DNA of 64,000 nt from Eledone cirrhosa (lineage: Eukaryota), in NCBI GenBank assembly GCA_964016885.1, contig OZ024742.1, positions 304,854,001-304,918,000 of the forward strand, written 5' to 3'. Numbering within the stretch: the first letter of the stretch is position 1; each line of letters opens with the position of its first letter. A model generated the notes under the pieces. The model was not told where the DNA came from. It did not search any database and saw only the letters and a program-made list of their open reading frames with translations. Shown one piece after another: positions 1 through 14,986 of the stretch. The translations under genes were made by a program, and so were the position numbers.

Positions 1-772
1 CCCCTTTCCACAAATTGCTGGTCTTGTGCCCAAATCAGGAGTTATTATTATTCATAGATTCCAAGAAGAGGACACAAGCAGATTTTGGAATCAATTTTTT
101 TTTCTAAAAATGTGCGTCATTCACGCCGGAAAGAACGGCATTCAACATTTCAGTATGCTCACAGAATTGAATCATCTGTTTATTTAGCTTTAATTGTTCT
201 GGCGGTCTACACGAAATTTGTTTGCCATAAAATACTTACAAAAGCTCCATATCAAATTCTCACTGAACCGTCCATTCCTGGTTCCGACACACGGAAGTGT
301 TGTCGGCGTGGTGTTATTAACCAATGACAAAAGTCAAAACACGTCCATTCTAAAAAGATTCGAATGGAAAGTTAGCAAAATATTTACTGCACCTAGGCTT
401 CGCCATCCATCATCTTAAGCTTTCATTAAGCGACATTATTATATACATTACATGAAGCATACGCGTGAGCACGCGTGCAGACTTGTACCCAAATACACAC
501 ATACACACAAATCCAGAAAAAATAGGCCCATGCATATGCAAATACAACTACACACACGCACACAGACACACACACACAAACATAGACACACGCCCGCATA
601 CATGATTAACTTTACTAAGAGATAGGGTAGTTTTCAAATAAGAAATTAAAAATACCTAAAACTTATTCATGAGTAGAAAAAAAAAAGAAGCCTTGTTATT
701 TCATTGGTACCGTAAAATAAATCTGTCACCAGAGCTAATGTAGCAACGAAGGATTCAGCAATAATTGTAGTC

Positions 773-860
<88 letters not shown>

Positions 861-889
861 TACACACACAACAAACACAGATATTTCGA

Positions 890-1538
890 CAACGAAAGTT
901 TTCTGCACCGCTCTCGTCCAGTATCCGTGAATTACTGATTTGTGGAGTTATGTCGAACAGCTGTTGTCGCGTGTAGAACGGATCCGGCTATCGGCCGAGT
1001 CCATAGTGATGATCGACCCGCCGCTATCTTTAGGCCAGGAAGGGCAGGCAATATTCCTCTGCCTGGTGGCAGTAGCGAAAGAGGTTGTTTGGTGGACCAG
1101 GTTGAAAGGACTGAAGACAGACACTTTTCTCTTCGGCTAATCCCTCATCAACTGTTTCGAATTCATTTGGAAAGGAAGGTGAGGGTGGAAAGAGAAGTGC
1201 TGTCCCCCCCCCCTCCCCCAGTACATTTGCTGAAAGGTCGGTGAATGTGGTGAGAATAGCCCGTGTGAGTGAGCAAAATCTGATCATGCGCCTGTAGGCT
1301 GGTGAATTTCAGGGGGAAAAGGGTACCCTTTCCGGGTGCCCTCGAAGCGTCGGGTGGTTTAGGATTGGTGGGGTACCTGAATCAACCCTGGGTGGTTATC
1401 CCCGCTATTGGGGAATTCTCGTTGTTGTATTTTTCTTGTTATTTATATTTTTACACGTTTTATATGTAAATTCCTACTGTCCCTGTCTAGTGTTTCGTTT
1501 CCTATATGTCGGCCGTTGTGGCCAATAAATGAAACCAT

Positions 1539-1540
<2 letters not shown>
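890..1540 (+). mobile_element. 5'-truncated 3' end of an L1/Tx1-clade LINE (different subfamily from the array), followed by (CTA)n
   Basis: ORF 940..1140 (WSYVEQLLSRVERIRLSAESIVMIDPP...KEVVWWTRLKG) is clearly homologous to the ORF2 C-terminus at 14987-15400 (WGYAEQLLSRVAPIKLTAESVMTIKPP...KEVVWWTRLKG). It ends GTGGCCAATAAATGAAACCATTA then (CTA)n. Confidence 0.9.
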
Positions 1541-2315
<775 letters not shown>

Positions 2316-2879
2316 GAAAAGCAAGAGGATAAGGGGGAAATACACTTGACACGCTATTCGGAGATAAGCGTTGCTGAGAAAATTGATCCAAGGAAGGCAA
2401 AACAATATTACACAAGTTGTCGAGAAAGAAAGAATGCAAAACAGGGAAAGTTGTGTTGTGAAAGAAGCACTTGAGAATATCAACTGAGTGAAATGTGTGG
2501 AAGTAATAATAACTTTGATAGCATCTGTTTCACAGTTCATTTTTACACTACATAAAATGGACGACCGTCTACGCTTTGGCACGTGACAGGGCTGAACCTC
2601 GACGCGTGTTATACATACGTACATACATGCATGCATACACACATGTATGCATGGATGCGTACATACATACATGCATGCATGCATACACACATACATGCAT
2701 GGATGCATACACACACGCATGCATGGATGCATATATGCATGCACACACACATAGAAACATAAAATACACACACGCATACACGTACACTCACTCACGTCTT
2801 CATACCTACATACACACATACGTACATACATACATACACACCAGCATACATACATGCATACATACACGCATACGTATTT

Positions 2880-3650
2880 ACAGGAGGAATGTAGCGTCTT
2901 CATAGAGGATTGCCGTCTCTTATTGATTCTTCGTGATCCTCCCATCTGTCTCCATGTCCTCGTAGATGACTTTGTGGGCCAGCTGTAGATCTACATGGGT
3001 TACGACACAGGTGACAGAAGAGTGTTGTGCTTTCCACGAGACCGGTGATGTCACTCTGTGGGACACAATCTTTATGTACCACCAAGTCTTTTTTATAATC
3101 CGGAACTAGTTCTACACACGTTGTTTCGCCAGGTCTTTGTTGAGCGGTGTTGCAGGTGGTTAACCTTTTGTGTGATTGACATAACCAGCCTTTGAGAAGA
3201 GTACATGTTAACAGAAATTGCATGTCCAATTTCTGATGACTTCATCAAGACTGAGCAGAGCCTTTCTGGAGTTGAAGCTTCACTTGTTTATGTTCTAGAC
3301 GACATTCCTCAAAGGTTTTGCAACTGCCCTTTATGTGCTTTCTCCACTCAGCCCTATTTAGAGCTATCTCCTCCCCGTTGTTTATATCAAATGCCAGCTC
3401 TTTGAGGTTGTTCTTGATGCTGTCCCTTAACCTCATTTTCGGTTTGTGTTGAGGCCTTTTTCCAAGATGGAGCTCACCGTAAACCAGGTGCTTCGGGACT
3501 CTGCTTTCTTTGATCCGGACGATATGTCCTGTCCAGTGCATTTGAGAAGATGTTACTTGGGACTCAATGCTTGGACATTCTGCTTTGATAAAGAGATGGG
3601 TGTCAGGAGTTTTATCTTGCCACTTGATGTTGAATATAAAGCAATTTGGT
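2880..3650 (-). mobile_element. RTE-clade LINE 3' fragment, decayed
   Basis: ORF 3245..3796 contains PSIES..QMHWTGHIVRIKESRVPKHLVYGELHLGKRPQHKPKMRLRDSIK..ALNRAEWR, typical of the RTE C-terminal region. Cys/His-rich remnant in 2900..3229; runs into a (TATG)n-like tract. Confidence 0.8.
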
Positions 3651-4603
3651 GAGTTTGCGGAATAACGTCCAGGTTTCGGCGGAGTATAAAAGAGCAGACA
3701 GAACACATGATCTACACACACACACCTTGGTATTGTTGGTAATGTTGCGATTTGTCTAAACTCTTTTTTCCAATTTTCCGAAGGCAACAGAGGCATTTTA
3801 GATGTTCAGATGTATTTCAGTATCCAAGGAGCAATCATTTGACAATATGCTACCCAAGTAGACAAATACATACCTACACACCTACATACATATATACATA
3901 TATGATGGCTGCAAACTCTGCTAAGATTATTGCAATCGCTTGTCAGATTATAGAGTATATTTTCAGAGTTTCCCTGCATACATATGTCTGTCGCATGAGT
4001 TAGAATCCGCACATTATCTATCATGAAGATGATTGGAATAATGTGTACACTAGCCCATAATTCAATTTTTTTGTGTATGGAGCAAGTAAAATGAAGTCCT
4101 AATGCATATGTTATTAATCCAACCATCCAACTTGTTACCTATATCAGTTAGTATAAAATGCATTGGAAATTTGGAAACATGCGTAGGACAATATAATTTG
4201 ATTTTGCGTTATATTTGCCTGCCTGTGTCTGTGTTTGTTTGCGCGTCAATGTGTTTTATGTATATATGTTTGTGTATGTATGTGACAGTAGGCAAATCTG
4301 TGAATGTGTTCCATTATATAGGTTCCAGCCTGTACGTCGTACTTTTTAAATCACCATTATTGGTACAAATGAGATAAAAAAGGTAGAATTTGCAATAAAA
4401 AAACAACAACCTCATGAATAATGAGAACAATAGTTATAAAGAATAAAGTAGGAAGAACATCAATAACAACCACTACAATCCAATAACAGCAATACCATTT
4501 GTAGTCTCAACAACAGCAATGCCAGAACTTAAAACAGTAAATAATAGTAGCATAATAAACATAAAAATGTAGAAAATTCAGTAGCAGTAATAACGGCTGT
4601 TAT

Positions 4604-4647
<44 letters not shown>

Positions 4648-5212
4648 CAGTAGCAGTAGCTGTAACAACGACAACAATTACAGAATGAAGAGGAAAAACA
4701 TCATCAGTAGCGACAGCAAATCCTTGTAGGCTTAGAGAAAAAGTGATAATTGTGTTGAAAATACAGTAAGAATCAATATATATCAACATTGTAAAAAGGA
4801 AACGAAAACAAAGTAAATAAAGAGACATCAAAACGTTTTCATCGGTTGATTGTCGTTATTGCTTTTAATGGTATTGCCATAGCTAGTGTTGTTGTTGATG
4901 TTATTGTTGTTGGCAATGGTGGTGGTAGAGGGGATTTTTCATCATCATCATCATCATCGACATCATCGTCTTTCTTCTTCTTCTTCTTCTTCTTCTTCTT
5001 CTTCTTCTTCTTCTTCTTCTTCTTCTTCTTCTTCTTCTTCTTCTTCTTCTTCTTCTTCTTCTTCTTCTTCTTCTTCGTTTCTGTTGTTTCCATTGTTGAC
5101 AATAATCTGGAGTTCCCATTTTCTTCCAATTTAAACACGAAAGCGGGTGTATTGTCATACACTCACACACACACATATATATATACATTTATATATATAT
5201 ATATATAAAGAG

Positions 5213-5252
<40 letters not shown>

Positions 5253-6357
5253 GCACACACATGTATTCATTTATTCATACCTGTGTGACTACACATTTCG
5301 GCTCCTAATATTCCTGCCAATCTATCTACATATAAATATTCCTACTTTCGGCACTATCAAAATAGTTATACTTTTCCCAGTAGTTTTACCTCCCACACTC
5401 AAGTCAGTCTGCTTCTTCTACTACCAAGCAATACCGACAAAAGTATGTTTCAATGATTGGTTCTGTTTAGGACAAAGGCCAAAACATTGATCGGTTACAA
5501 ACTTAGGTTTATTCAACCGAGAGACCTAACTTTTTATCTACTCAACCAGGGTGACCTCTGTGTTACCAAGAATATCAAACGTGCGGATATTAAACCAGCA
5601 CCACGGAATCAACGAGACATAAATTGGTAGTTTAAATTCTATGCAGAAAACTGTTTAGTATTTTGATTATAACTGCTTCTATAATAGTTCAACGCAGGGG
5701 TGTACTCTAAATGAATCCTGTCATATCTAGGAAATCTCATTTGGTATTCTCTCAACATTTATCTTTGAAAGGTAAATCATAATGATGTAATTCATAAACA
5801 GAATTATAGTACTCCATCTTTATAAAGTACAAATATGAAGTAAATCTCAGGTGGTAAATATGATACAACAACGAAACATTCTAAGTGTTCTTATTTCTGA
5901 AATTGATGAGATAGTTCCAATTCTCTAGGGATTTAATTTACCATGGAAATGGAAACAACAATGTATACTAAAATACGGCAAAATGCTCGATGCTGTGTCA
6001 ATGAAAATAATCTTTCCAATAATTACAGTGAACCAACTTTATCAATCCTCCAATATTTACACTCAGTTCGACATTTAGGAATATGTATAACAAAATTTGC
6101 AATTTCGCGGTCTCGTAACGACTTATTCTGAAGTTATGAAACAATAAAACATGAAAGAATATATCGAATAAGATTGGAGCTTTGATGTTTACAGACAAAA
6201 ATGTGAAAGTGACTTCATTTCCGATCTATATAAATTACTTAATCTTGAATCTAGTTACTCAATACATCCAGAAAATGCGCACACACGCACAGACGAACAC
6301 ACACGAACACTCATACGCAGTCACGCACCCCTGCTCGTATATATATATATATATATA

Positions 6358-6856
6358 TCACATAAGAAACGGAGAATCAGTGGTGCGACGAATTAGAAAT
6401 TATTAGACATATTACAATCGTTTTTCTGGCGACCACCTCGAGGTACGATCGAGGCGAGGATCGAACCCGACACTGAAATCGCAAGTTCTTCAGATACGTC
6501 TTTATCCCTCGAAGCAAAATTTCCAAATGTCCTCTTTATCCCGCCTGCCTTCGTTCGCCAGCATCAATCCTGTTCTTGTCGGTCGATGAGTGGTTTAGAA
6601 TTGAACAGGTCATCGGGATTTCTGACCATTCATGGCCGTATATGAAGAACTTATGATTTCAGAGTCAGGTTCGATCCTCGCATCGATCGTACCTCGAGCT
6701 GGTCGCCAGAGAAACGATTGTTATATGTCTAATAATTTCTAACTCGTCGCACCACTGATTCTCCGTTTCTTATGTGATATTATGCTCTGCTCTGTAAGAG
6801 CATCGAGTGCTCAAACGGCATACCGCATACCGACGCTTTTAAGCATCCCACTCCAA
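6358..6856. mobile_element. Foldback element in (TA)n with ~140 bp arms (6358-6498 / 6637-6777), a hammerhead-like motif in each arm, and an unpaired right-hand tail; probable non-autonomous Penelope-like element
   Basis: Left TCACATAAGAAACGGAGAATCAGTGGTGCGACG... is the reverse complement of right ...CGTCGCACCACTGATTCTCCGTTTCTTATGTGA. Arm consensus is CGTAT-CTGAAGA-(~60 nt)-GAAA-CGATTG-TA-ATATG. Confidence 0.75.
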
Positions 6857-6862
6857 TATATA

Positions 6863-6947
<85 letters not shown>

Positions 6948-6952
6948 GTGTA

Positions 6953-7043
<91 letters not shown>

Positions 7044-7048
7044 GTGTA

Positions 7049-7155
<107 letters not shown>

Positions 7156-7164
7156 CTACATATC

Positions 7165-7260
<96 letters not shown>

Positions 7261-7459
7261 CATTTATATATTAAAAAGTGTAAAAGTCAAAGTCGGTTTC
7301 GAGCCCAGAGTATCGTCAAGAGTAATGCGACTGAGGCTCATTCGTGTCTTGATGCGACTGTGAGTACAAGACTCCCCTCGGACAGGACGCAAGACAATCA
7401 CAAGATTAAACCCCGCCATCTTCAGTTGAGTATACGGAAGCAGCATGAAGTGTTTTGAC

Positions 7460-7499
<40 letters not shown>

Positions 7500-7500
7500 A

Positions 7501-7720
7501 ACGAAGGAAATGTGGCAAGGAACCAGGTGGACCATAACGCACCAAAGGTACTCAATACTTAGGGTAGTAGAGTGGGTAATAGGAACGAGAAGGATCACGA
7601 CGGGTGAGCTCAAGCCGTTTCTACGGTTAATTCTGGACTAAAAAAAATGATTTTTGTTTAGTCCACAGTTAGCCGTCGAAACGGCGTGAGCTCAGCCGTC
7701 GGGGTCCTACTCGTTCCTAT
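7501..7720 (-). mobile_element. Foldback (7579-7720) plus one-sided tail, in (TA)n
   Basis: ATAGGAACGAG...CTCGTTCCTAT imperfect palindrome. Tail reverse complement TATTACCCACTCTACTACCCTAAGTATTGAGTACC matches the tail at 53553. Confidence 0.7.
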
Positions 7721-7734
7721 ATATATATATATAT

Positions 7735-7973
<239 letters not shown>

Positions 7974-7983
7974 TATATATATA

Positions 7984-8067
<84 letters not shown>

Positions 8068-8096
8068 TATACATATATACATACATATATATATAT

Positions 8097-8153
8097 AAAT
8101 GTAAGTATGTATGTATACGTACATACATATATGTATACAGACGTACAGTAGCA

Positions 8154-8197
<44 letters not shown>

Positions 8198-8375
8198 CAG
8201 GTACACATACATATATGCACGCATCAGTTTAGCGGACGCTTATTATAACGCCGCTTTGTTCGTTTGTAAACAAACTGAACAGCCTGAATTTTACATATAT
8301 GTATGTACGTATACATACATACTTACATTTAAGTAAGTGCCATACTAAGAGTGAGAAATGAAATTTCGTTTTCAT
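8097..8375 (+). repeat. Short foldback plus tail repeat; second copy at ~31640-31745
   Basis: GTATGTACGTATACATACATA(C/T)TTACATTTAAGTAA..CCATACTAAGAGTGAGAA.TGAAATTTCGTTT occurs at ~8300-8375 and ~31670-31745, and 8097-8152 is an inverted copy of its 5' part. Confidence 0.7.
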
Positions 8376-8422
8376 TTTTTTTGTTCAACTTATATATATA
8401 TATATATATATATTAGGATTGG

Positions 8423-8737
8423 CGCTCTGAAATAGCGATGTATACATGAATGTATGTATAGTATATTTGGCATATACTATACATGAATGTATGTATAGTA
8501 TATTTGGCATATACCGTATGTTTAATTAAAAACATTTTGAAAAGCTTGCGCTATCATTTTAAGTATACATCGCTATTTCAGAGTGTTAAACATACACTAT
8601 TAGCTTCTCTCCCTTCTTTTGCCGAAAAAAAGAAGTACCTCACATAGTCACTACTTTAAAAATTATACCGCAATTTCTTCAAAATGTTTTTAATTAAACA
8701 TACGGTACATTACCAAATATATTATACATACATTCAT
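8423..8737. repeat. Interleaved inverted repeats (A-B-A'-B') with an internal 37 bp tandem duplication
   Basis: A 8423-8445 / A' 8563-8585; B 8483-8550 / B' 8669-8737; direct duplication 8441-8477 / 8478-8514. Confidence 0.75.
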
Positions 8738-8752
8738 ATATATATATATGAC

Positions 8753-9073
8753 CTGCAAATTGCAATATACTAATTAGTCTGCTGGAGTTAGTAAGACAAT
8801 AAATTTAGAGAAGTACACTTTCATTCATTCTAAAAGTGTCCATTTAAAAAAAAAAAAAAAAAAAAAAATGGATAAAATTCTGTAGATTTCCATAGAAGGT
8901 TGTCGGAACGTTTTTTTTTTTGTTATATAATTGTGAATTATGAATAAACATTCTTCCCTGGAAATCTCCAGCATTTTAGCTATTTTTCCAAAATGGATGC
9001 CTGAATGAAAGTATACCCTTCTAAAATTACTATTACAACCTTCATCAGACTAATTAGTGTAAGGCAAATTCCA
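8753..9073. repeat. Degenerate inverted-repeat (MITE-like) element
   Basis: TACTAATTAGTCTG...AGTACACTTTCATTCA on the left vs TGAATGAAAGTATAC...CAGACTAATTAGTG on the right. Confidence 0.55.
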
Positions 9074-10434
9074 GACCAGAATTTCTACAATACACATCTG
9101 AATATGTGGACTGAATCATTAAAGAAAACAACAATAGAAGTAATGATATTCTTGGCTCTAGAAGTTTAAAATAATTCTAATATTACATATATTAATCTAA
9201 AAAATATGAGAAAAAAATTCTTGCTCATATTGAAGCTCAAAAAATCTATGTAATGATATTGTTAAAGCATCACGTTCGACTCAGTTGACGGAACTAGCTT
9301 ATAGTAGATGTAGGTGAAACCATATTATTTATAATGTCTATTGCTGCGGATGCTGATCTTGCTGCACTTCATGATATTCTGTGCTGCCTTTGCTGCTGCT
9401 GCTGGTAATTGCATTTTGCTCAACAGCACCAGCAAAAACACCACCATCGTTAACTTCGGCTTCTTTCTCGTGCGGTGTCCTACATACTGTTCGCCTTATA
9501 GTTCTTTATCCCTAGAGAGGAATATATCAGATGTTGGGTGGTTGGAGGGGATAAGGGAGAGAGATACAATCAGGAAGGAATGGAATAGTTGAAAGTGAAG
9601 ACATAAAGACTAGGAAAGAGAGAATACTCATCTACAGTACATCTTCCTAAATTAATGATACATTTTAATGAGGATATATTTAATTTAGAGTGACTTCTTA
9701 TCTGCCGGCATCGGATCTTGTGTCGATTGTATGCTTATTTCTTCAACTATTTGTTCGCTCGTTCGTCTGAATGAGGGCATATATGTGTGCAGTGATAATA
9801 TATGTTGCAAATTTGACATATTTTAACATGGGTGTTCTGAAACAGTCTTCACAATTCAGTTAATTAATTCAGAAAAGTATTTCCTGTCAAAATCCCCACC
9901 TCCTCTCTCTCTCATAGGCGGGAACAATTGTATTGCCACATGTAGCCTCTTCTAATATTTGGTATGTAAATGAAATAAAGAATTAAAAGAATACCAAATG
10001 ATAATTGAAAGAGGCTTGCAGTTCAACTCATGTCTTGAGTGTTTTGGGGGCAAATATGAGAGGGACGAGCATGATCCGAGATTGCTTGCTCTGTGTATGC
10101 GCCTGTAAATTGGAATAAGACATCTGAGAGACGGCCCTTGCCCTAGCGGTCAGGTTTCGCCGTTGCTTTTTGTGGGCTTTCTCCATAAGTGACCCTTGAG
10201 AGTTCCACGCTTTTAGAATTTGTTGTTGATTTTTTTTAATGTTTATAAAAATTTCTCCCTCGAAACAGAAAAGAAAAAAAAAAAAACTCGGAGGAACCCC
10301 TTTTCGGTCGCTTGTATTTGCAATCGTATTCTTTCGATCATTACCCAAGATTCATGACCTTAGGTAAAGGTTCGCAGGAATACCAGGGAGACAGTGAGTT
10401 TGGCTTTTGAACCTACCTCCTTTCTTCTGATTAC

Positions 10435-10600
10435 AAGTGCTGAGGTCGGCGCATTACTGCATGAGCTCCTGCAATTCTTGTCCTTAATTCAGCCTCCTGC
10501 CTTCCATCACTTACGAACATGGCCCCGAGATACTTGAACTTCTCTACCTGCTTCAGTGGAACTCCATTCACATGTATAGGAATTTGAGCGACTTCTGCCC
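10435..10600 (-). mobile_element. LINE (RTE-like) RT C-terminal fragment
   Basis: IHVNGVPLKQVEKFKYLGAMFVSDGRQEAELRTRI matches the non-LTR RT V..FKYLG....DG....E...RI motif. Confidence 0.75.
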
Positions 10601-11280
10601 ATACATCCGTCACACAATGTGTGTGTGTGTATAAAAGTAAGGAAGGGGATACACTTATATATATATATATATATGTCTCTAACTTAAAAACGGTGATACA
10701 CACATGTCTCTAATTTAAGAACGCCGACAAACTCACGCGCGCGCACATACACACACTGTCCTATTACCACTTAAGAGCTTTGGCCCGGGCAAACATCCCC
10801 TCAATTTTACATACTCATACATATAAATGTATGTATATATGCACATACACACAGGCGCACACATACACATACACGTCAACATTTGGAAAAAACCTCTAAT
10901 CTCCTACACTTTCTCTATATATATATATGTATATATCTGCCACATAGTCACCCTACCTTTCTGTATCTCCCTCTTTATTTCTCACTCTGTATATATATGT
11001 ATGGTAGTTGAAGTGGTGGCGGCGATATACCGGAAGTATTGAAATTTGAAACTTTTAAAAGAAGTGAAACTTGAAATAAGCAATAATATTATTTATGCTT
11101 AATTCAGTGTTATGAAATTTAGTACATAAATTATATAATATGCATTCATTATTTATTCAAAGTAATCCAACCTATTTTGATACACTGGATTCTATTTTAT
11201 CAACTTTCGCCATCTCTTCAATTTGCTGGCCTTATGCCAAAAGTAGATAGATAGACAGATAGATCGATACATACATAGAT

Positions 11281-14200
11281 AAATTTCTTTATTAGCCACA
11301 AGGGCACAAAAGAAGGGGACAAATACAAATGGGGAGTTTACATAGAGGTATATGAAAATAAAACTATTAATACAATAACAAATAACAATTGAAATCCCCA
11401 ATAGGTGGGAGGTGTTACGCAGGTGTTTTACACACCCCGAAAAAATGTACAACCCTCATCTCCAGGAGCACCAAGTGTGAGTATTCCCTTCCTCTCTCCC
11501 TCTTTTTCCTTAACCTACAGGTTTATATAGAGAGAAGGCCCAACCACTTGAGCCATCTTTGCCACATTCACCCACCTTTTATAAAATTTGCTGGGGTACA
11601 GCACCTCTCTCTCCATCCTGATTCTTCTTCCAAAATGATATTTGAAAAAAACGAATCAGTTGCTCACTGGAGAGAAAGGTGTCTGACCTCTGCCCTTTTA
11701 ACCTCGTCCACCATATAACCTCTTTCACCATAGCCATAACACATAGTAAAACCTCGTTTTTGAAGGAGGGTGGCGGTTTGATCATGACAATGGACTCGGT
11801 GGTCAACTGGATTGATCCCTCCCGCGAGAATAGTCGTTCTACATAGCCCAACAGGTCGGTAACGCCCGGGAAGTGTACAAATGCGTGTGCGACGGTTTCC
11901 TCGTCACACACGCATCAAGGACAGATCTTTTTCGAAGGGTCCCTACCCGGACGCCCGTGTCTGTAGGGCTTATCTCTAGCTGGTAGAGCTCCTAGGTAGC
12001 ACTGCCAGGCCAGGGACTTTTGGAAGTTGTCCATTGGTCCCGGGCGGAAGGTCCTACCGAACAGACTGGCCCGTTCGTCCTCCTCTACGCCTATAATTTC
12101 TCCGAGCGTGTCGTCGCACTTGCTGCGGACCAACCCTCTAAAGAATGTCGAAGTGATGTCTCCACTGATCGCCGGCTCCGATTGCCAGAGGACTGTGAGC
12201 GCCTGAGCACATTCGATGTGCCAGTCGCCCATTTTCCACGGTCTTTGCTTGACCCAGGACTGAGGTTCGGTCAGTGAGACGAGTCGTGGGAAGGGTCGCC
12301 TCACGAACGGACCCCACACCCGTTGTCTGGTAAGGAATACGTGGAGGTGCCGCAGCCTGAGCGCGTGTTTGCGCATCGCCAGCCACGGTAACACCAGCCC
12401 TCCGTTTGAAGGGTGTTGGCAGCAGATGGATCTTCTCACCAAAGGAGCCCGTTTCTTTCAAAGAATTGGAAGAGCGCGCGCTCCATTTTGTGAGCATTTT
12501 GGCTGGACAAGGCACGACGGTCAAGCAGTAGTAGATGAGGGAGGCTATAAAAGTGTTCGCCACCTCCGCTCAACCTTTCAAGGATAGTTTGCACTCGGCC
12601 CACTTCTGGGTGAGCGCAAACACCTTGGCCGTCACCTCGTTCCAGTTCTTCTCCACCTGGAGGGCTGGACCAAACCAGACCCCGAGCAGCTTTAACGGTC
12701 CTTCCGTCCAGCGTCCGACGACGTCATCGGAAGGCATCGGTTTGCCTCTTCACGATCCGAGTTGCAAACCGACGGATTTGTTCCAGTTCAGCTTCGCTCC
12801 TGTGAACCTTTCGTATTCCTCCAGTAAGGTGTCGATCCCCCCGTTTTCCGAGGTGCTCGACACCATTACTGTCACGCTTTTCACAGTCCCGGTTCCAAAG
12901 GGATGCCCTGCAATAGTTGCAAATTCCGCAGTAGTGGCTCGAGAGTCAGTACGTACAGAAGGGAGGAGAGAGGGCATCCCTGTCGGATGGATCGCGTGAT
13001 ATGGAACGGCTCCGAGAGGTAGCCGTTCACCTTGACCCTTGAGCAGATGTTACTTCTGTGCATTGCAGCAATCCAGCCCCGGAACACGGGTCCGAAGCCT
13101 CTCGCGTCGAGCACCGCATCCAGGTAACGATGGTCAACCCTATCTAAAGCCTTAGACTGATCCAAGTTGATCAGGGCACCACCGAAGCCGGGTTTAAACC
13201 CTACCCTCTCTATAATGTATCGCATGAGGTGGAGGTTGTCGTGTATGGACCTGGTCGGGATTGCGCATGCCTGCGCTTCTCCCACCAGGTTTTCGACGAC
13301 AAGCGCCAGCCTCTTTGCCAACACCTTGGCCAAAATCTGTAACTCTGTGTTGAGCAGAGTTATGGGCCGGAAGTTGCCTATGTCATCCGCCTTGTTCTCG
13401 TCCTTCCTGACTAACGTGATTACGCCCTTGGTCACAGAACTGGGAATTCTCCCGTTTTGCTGCCAGTTGCAGTAGACCGCTTCCAGGAGACCGGAGAACA
13501 CATCCGGCATTGCTACGTAAAATTTGTAGGGTAGACGGTCGAGACCTGGAGATTTGCGTTTGCTGCATTGGCTCAGCGCGTCCCCTATCTCAGCGGCCGA
13601 AATCGGCCTTTCACAGAACTTCGCCTCGCTGTCCGAGAGTCGCGGTAGGCCGTCGAGGTATGAACCGAAGTCTATAATCCCACCCGGCGCGCCGCCCTGC
13701 CCGAACAGTTGAGCAAAGTGTCGCTGAAAGGCCGCGCACATTTGCTTCGGCTCACGTATCACGCGTCCGTCTCGATCCTTCAAAGACCGAATCGTGGACT
13801 TGTTGCCACTTTTCGCCTCCGTCACTCGGGCCCAGCTAACAGCTTTGGCTCCCTCATTTCCCAGAGCACGTATTTTGCTCCTGACAACGCAGCCTTCATG
13901 CTTTGCGTCGAAGAACTGGTCCAAGGCCGTTCTCGTCGCTAGCACGCTGGCTACGTTGCCACTTAAGTGCCTCTTTTACGTTATCTACAACTTCCTTTTC
14001 GGTCTTATTTGTATTTAACACTAATTCTTTACTAAAATCTATCGAGTCTAATCTAACTGCCCTCTTGAGAGAGTACCACCATCTGTTGTTGATAATGGCC
14101 CCCGTCAAGTGTTGCCCAACTAAAGTGATAATCTGTCTACCGTAGGCTTTGCATGTCGGTAACGACAAGTTCAGCTTCCAGTAGCCGGGTCCCTGTCTAT

Positions 14201-14626
14201 AGGTTTTGTCAAGGTTGACTAAGCAGGTCACTAATTTCTGATCTGAATAGGCAACCATGAACATTTGTGGACAGCTTAACATGTCCCTATCCTTCTTTCT
14301 AACTAGAACCCTATCTAGGTACGATGTAGATGTTCCGCTAAGATTAGTCCACGTCCACAGTGGCACAGCCTCAAACAGCTAATCGGCCGATTAACTGTCT
14401 ATCGGGACATGCTCCCACATAGTCCCAACGTGCATCTAGGATTCTATTCCAGTCCCCCACTAACAGCAGGGAGCGGGATGTTCCCAGAAAAGTCTCTAGA
14501 ATGTTTGAAGAAGTCTGGCCGCGGTGTCCCGGATGGGGCATTTGCGGCCACCAGCCTGAAGGTTCCACCTTCACTACCGTCAATGTCTAGGACCATCAGT
14601 CGACCCTCCGGGTCCAGATGTACCGT
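11281..14626 (-). mobile_element. Decayed, 5'-truncated Tx1-like LINE (copy E1), a sister subfamily of E2/E3
   Basis: Frameshifted ORF pieces 14371-14583, 13896-14366, 12881-13945, 11915-12442 and 11579-11911 align collinearly with ORF2. The YADD codons are deleted. The 3' end GTGGCTAATAAAGAAATTT runs into a degenerate (TCTA)n. Confidence 0.92.
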
Positions 14627-14702
14627 TTAGATAGATAGTTAGATAGATAGATAGATAGATATGCATTTGAATAATAGATTGGTAGATAGATAGATAGATA
14701 GA

Positions 14703-14727
14703 TTTCTTTATTTACCATAAAGGCATT
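14703..14727 (-). mobile_element. ~25 bp stub of the E2/E3 3' terminus, flanked by (TAGA)n
   Basis: TTTCTTTATTTACCATAAAGGCAT is identical to the start of the 3' ends at ~14772 and ~20670. Confidence 0.8.
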
Positions 14728-14731
14728 AAGG

Positions 14732-14772
<41 letters not shown>

Positions 14773-14986
14773 TTCTTTATTTACCATAAAGGCATAAAAA
14801 GAAGGGACAAATACAAAGGGGGAGTTTACATATAATCGAGTAAAAAGGGTGTAACATGAAAATAATCGAAAATAACCTCAAAAGGGAGGGGACGTGATGG
14901 GGGTTGCACACACCCCCGAAAAAGTGTGCAATCCTTTGCCCGGGGAGCACATGGAGAAGGTGCTCCCCTCTCCTTTACTTCTTTAC

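Noticed and set aside
6358-6777. Interpretation of the foldbacks as Tc1/mariner MITEs with TA target duplication
   Set aside because: Not formally excluded, but one-sided conserved tails, hammerhead motifs and a one-armed sibling (52901) fit a Penelope-like origin better.
7285-7440. Minus-strand TCAA-CTGAAGA...GAAA-CCGACT-TTGA
   Set aside because: About 120 nt between the halves and no proper UH site; possibly a decayed hammerhead, but not supportable by eye.
10028-10348. 106 aa minus-strand ORF with faint resemblance to a LINE W..R.L..R region
   Set aside because: Similarity too weak to assign.
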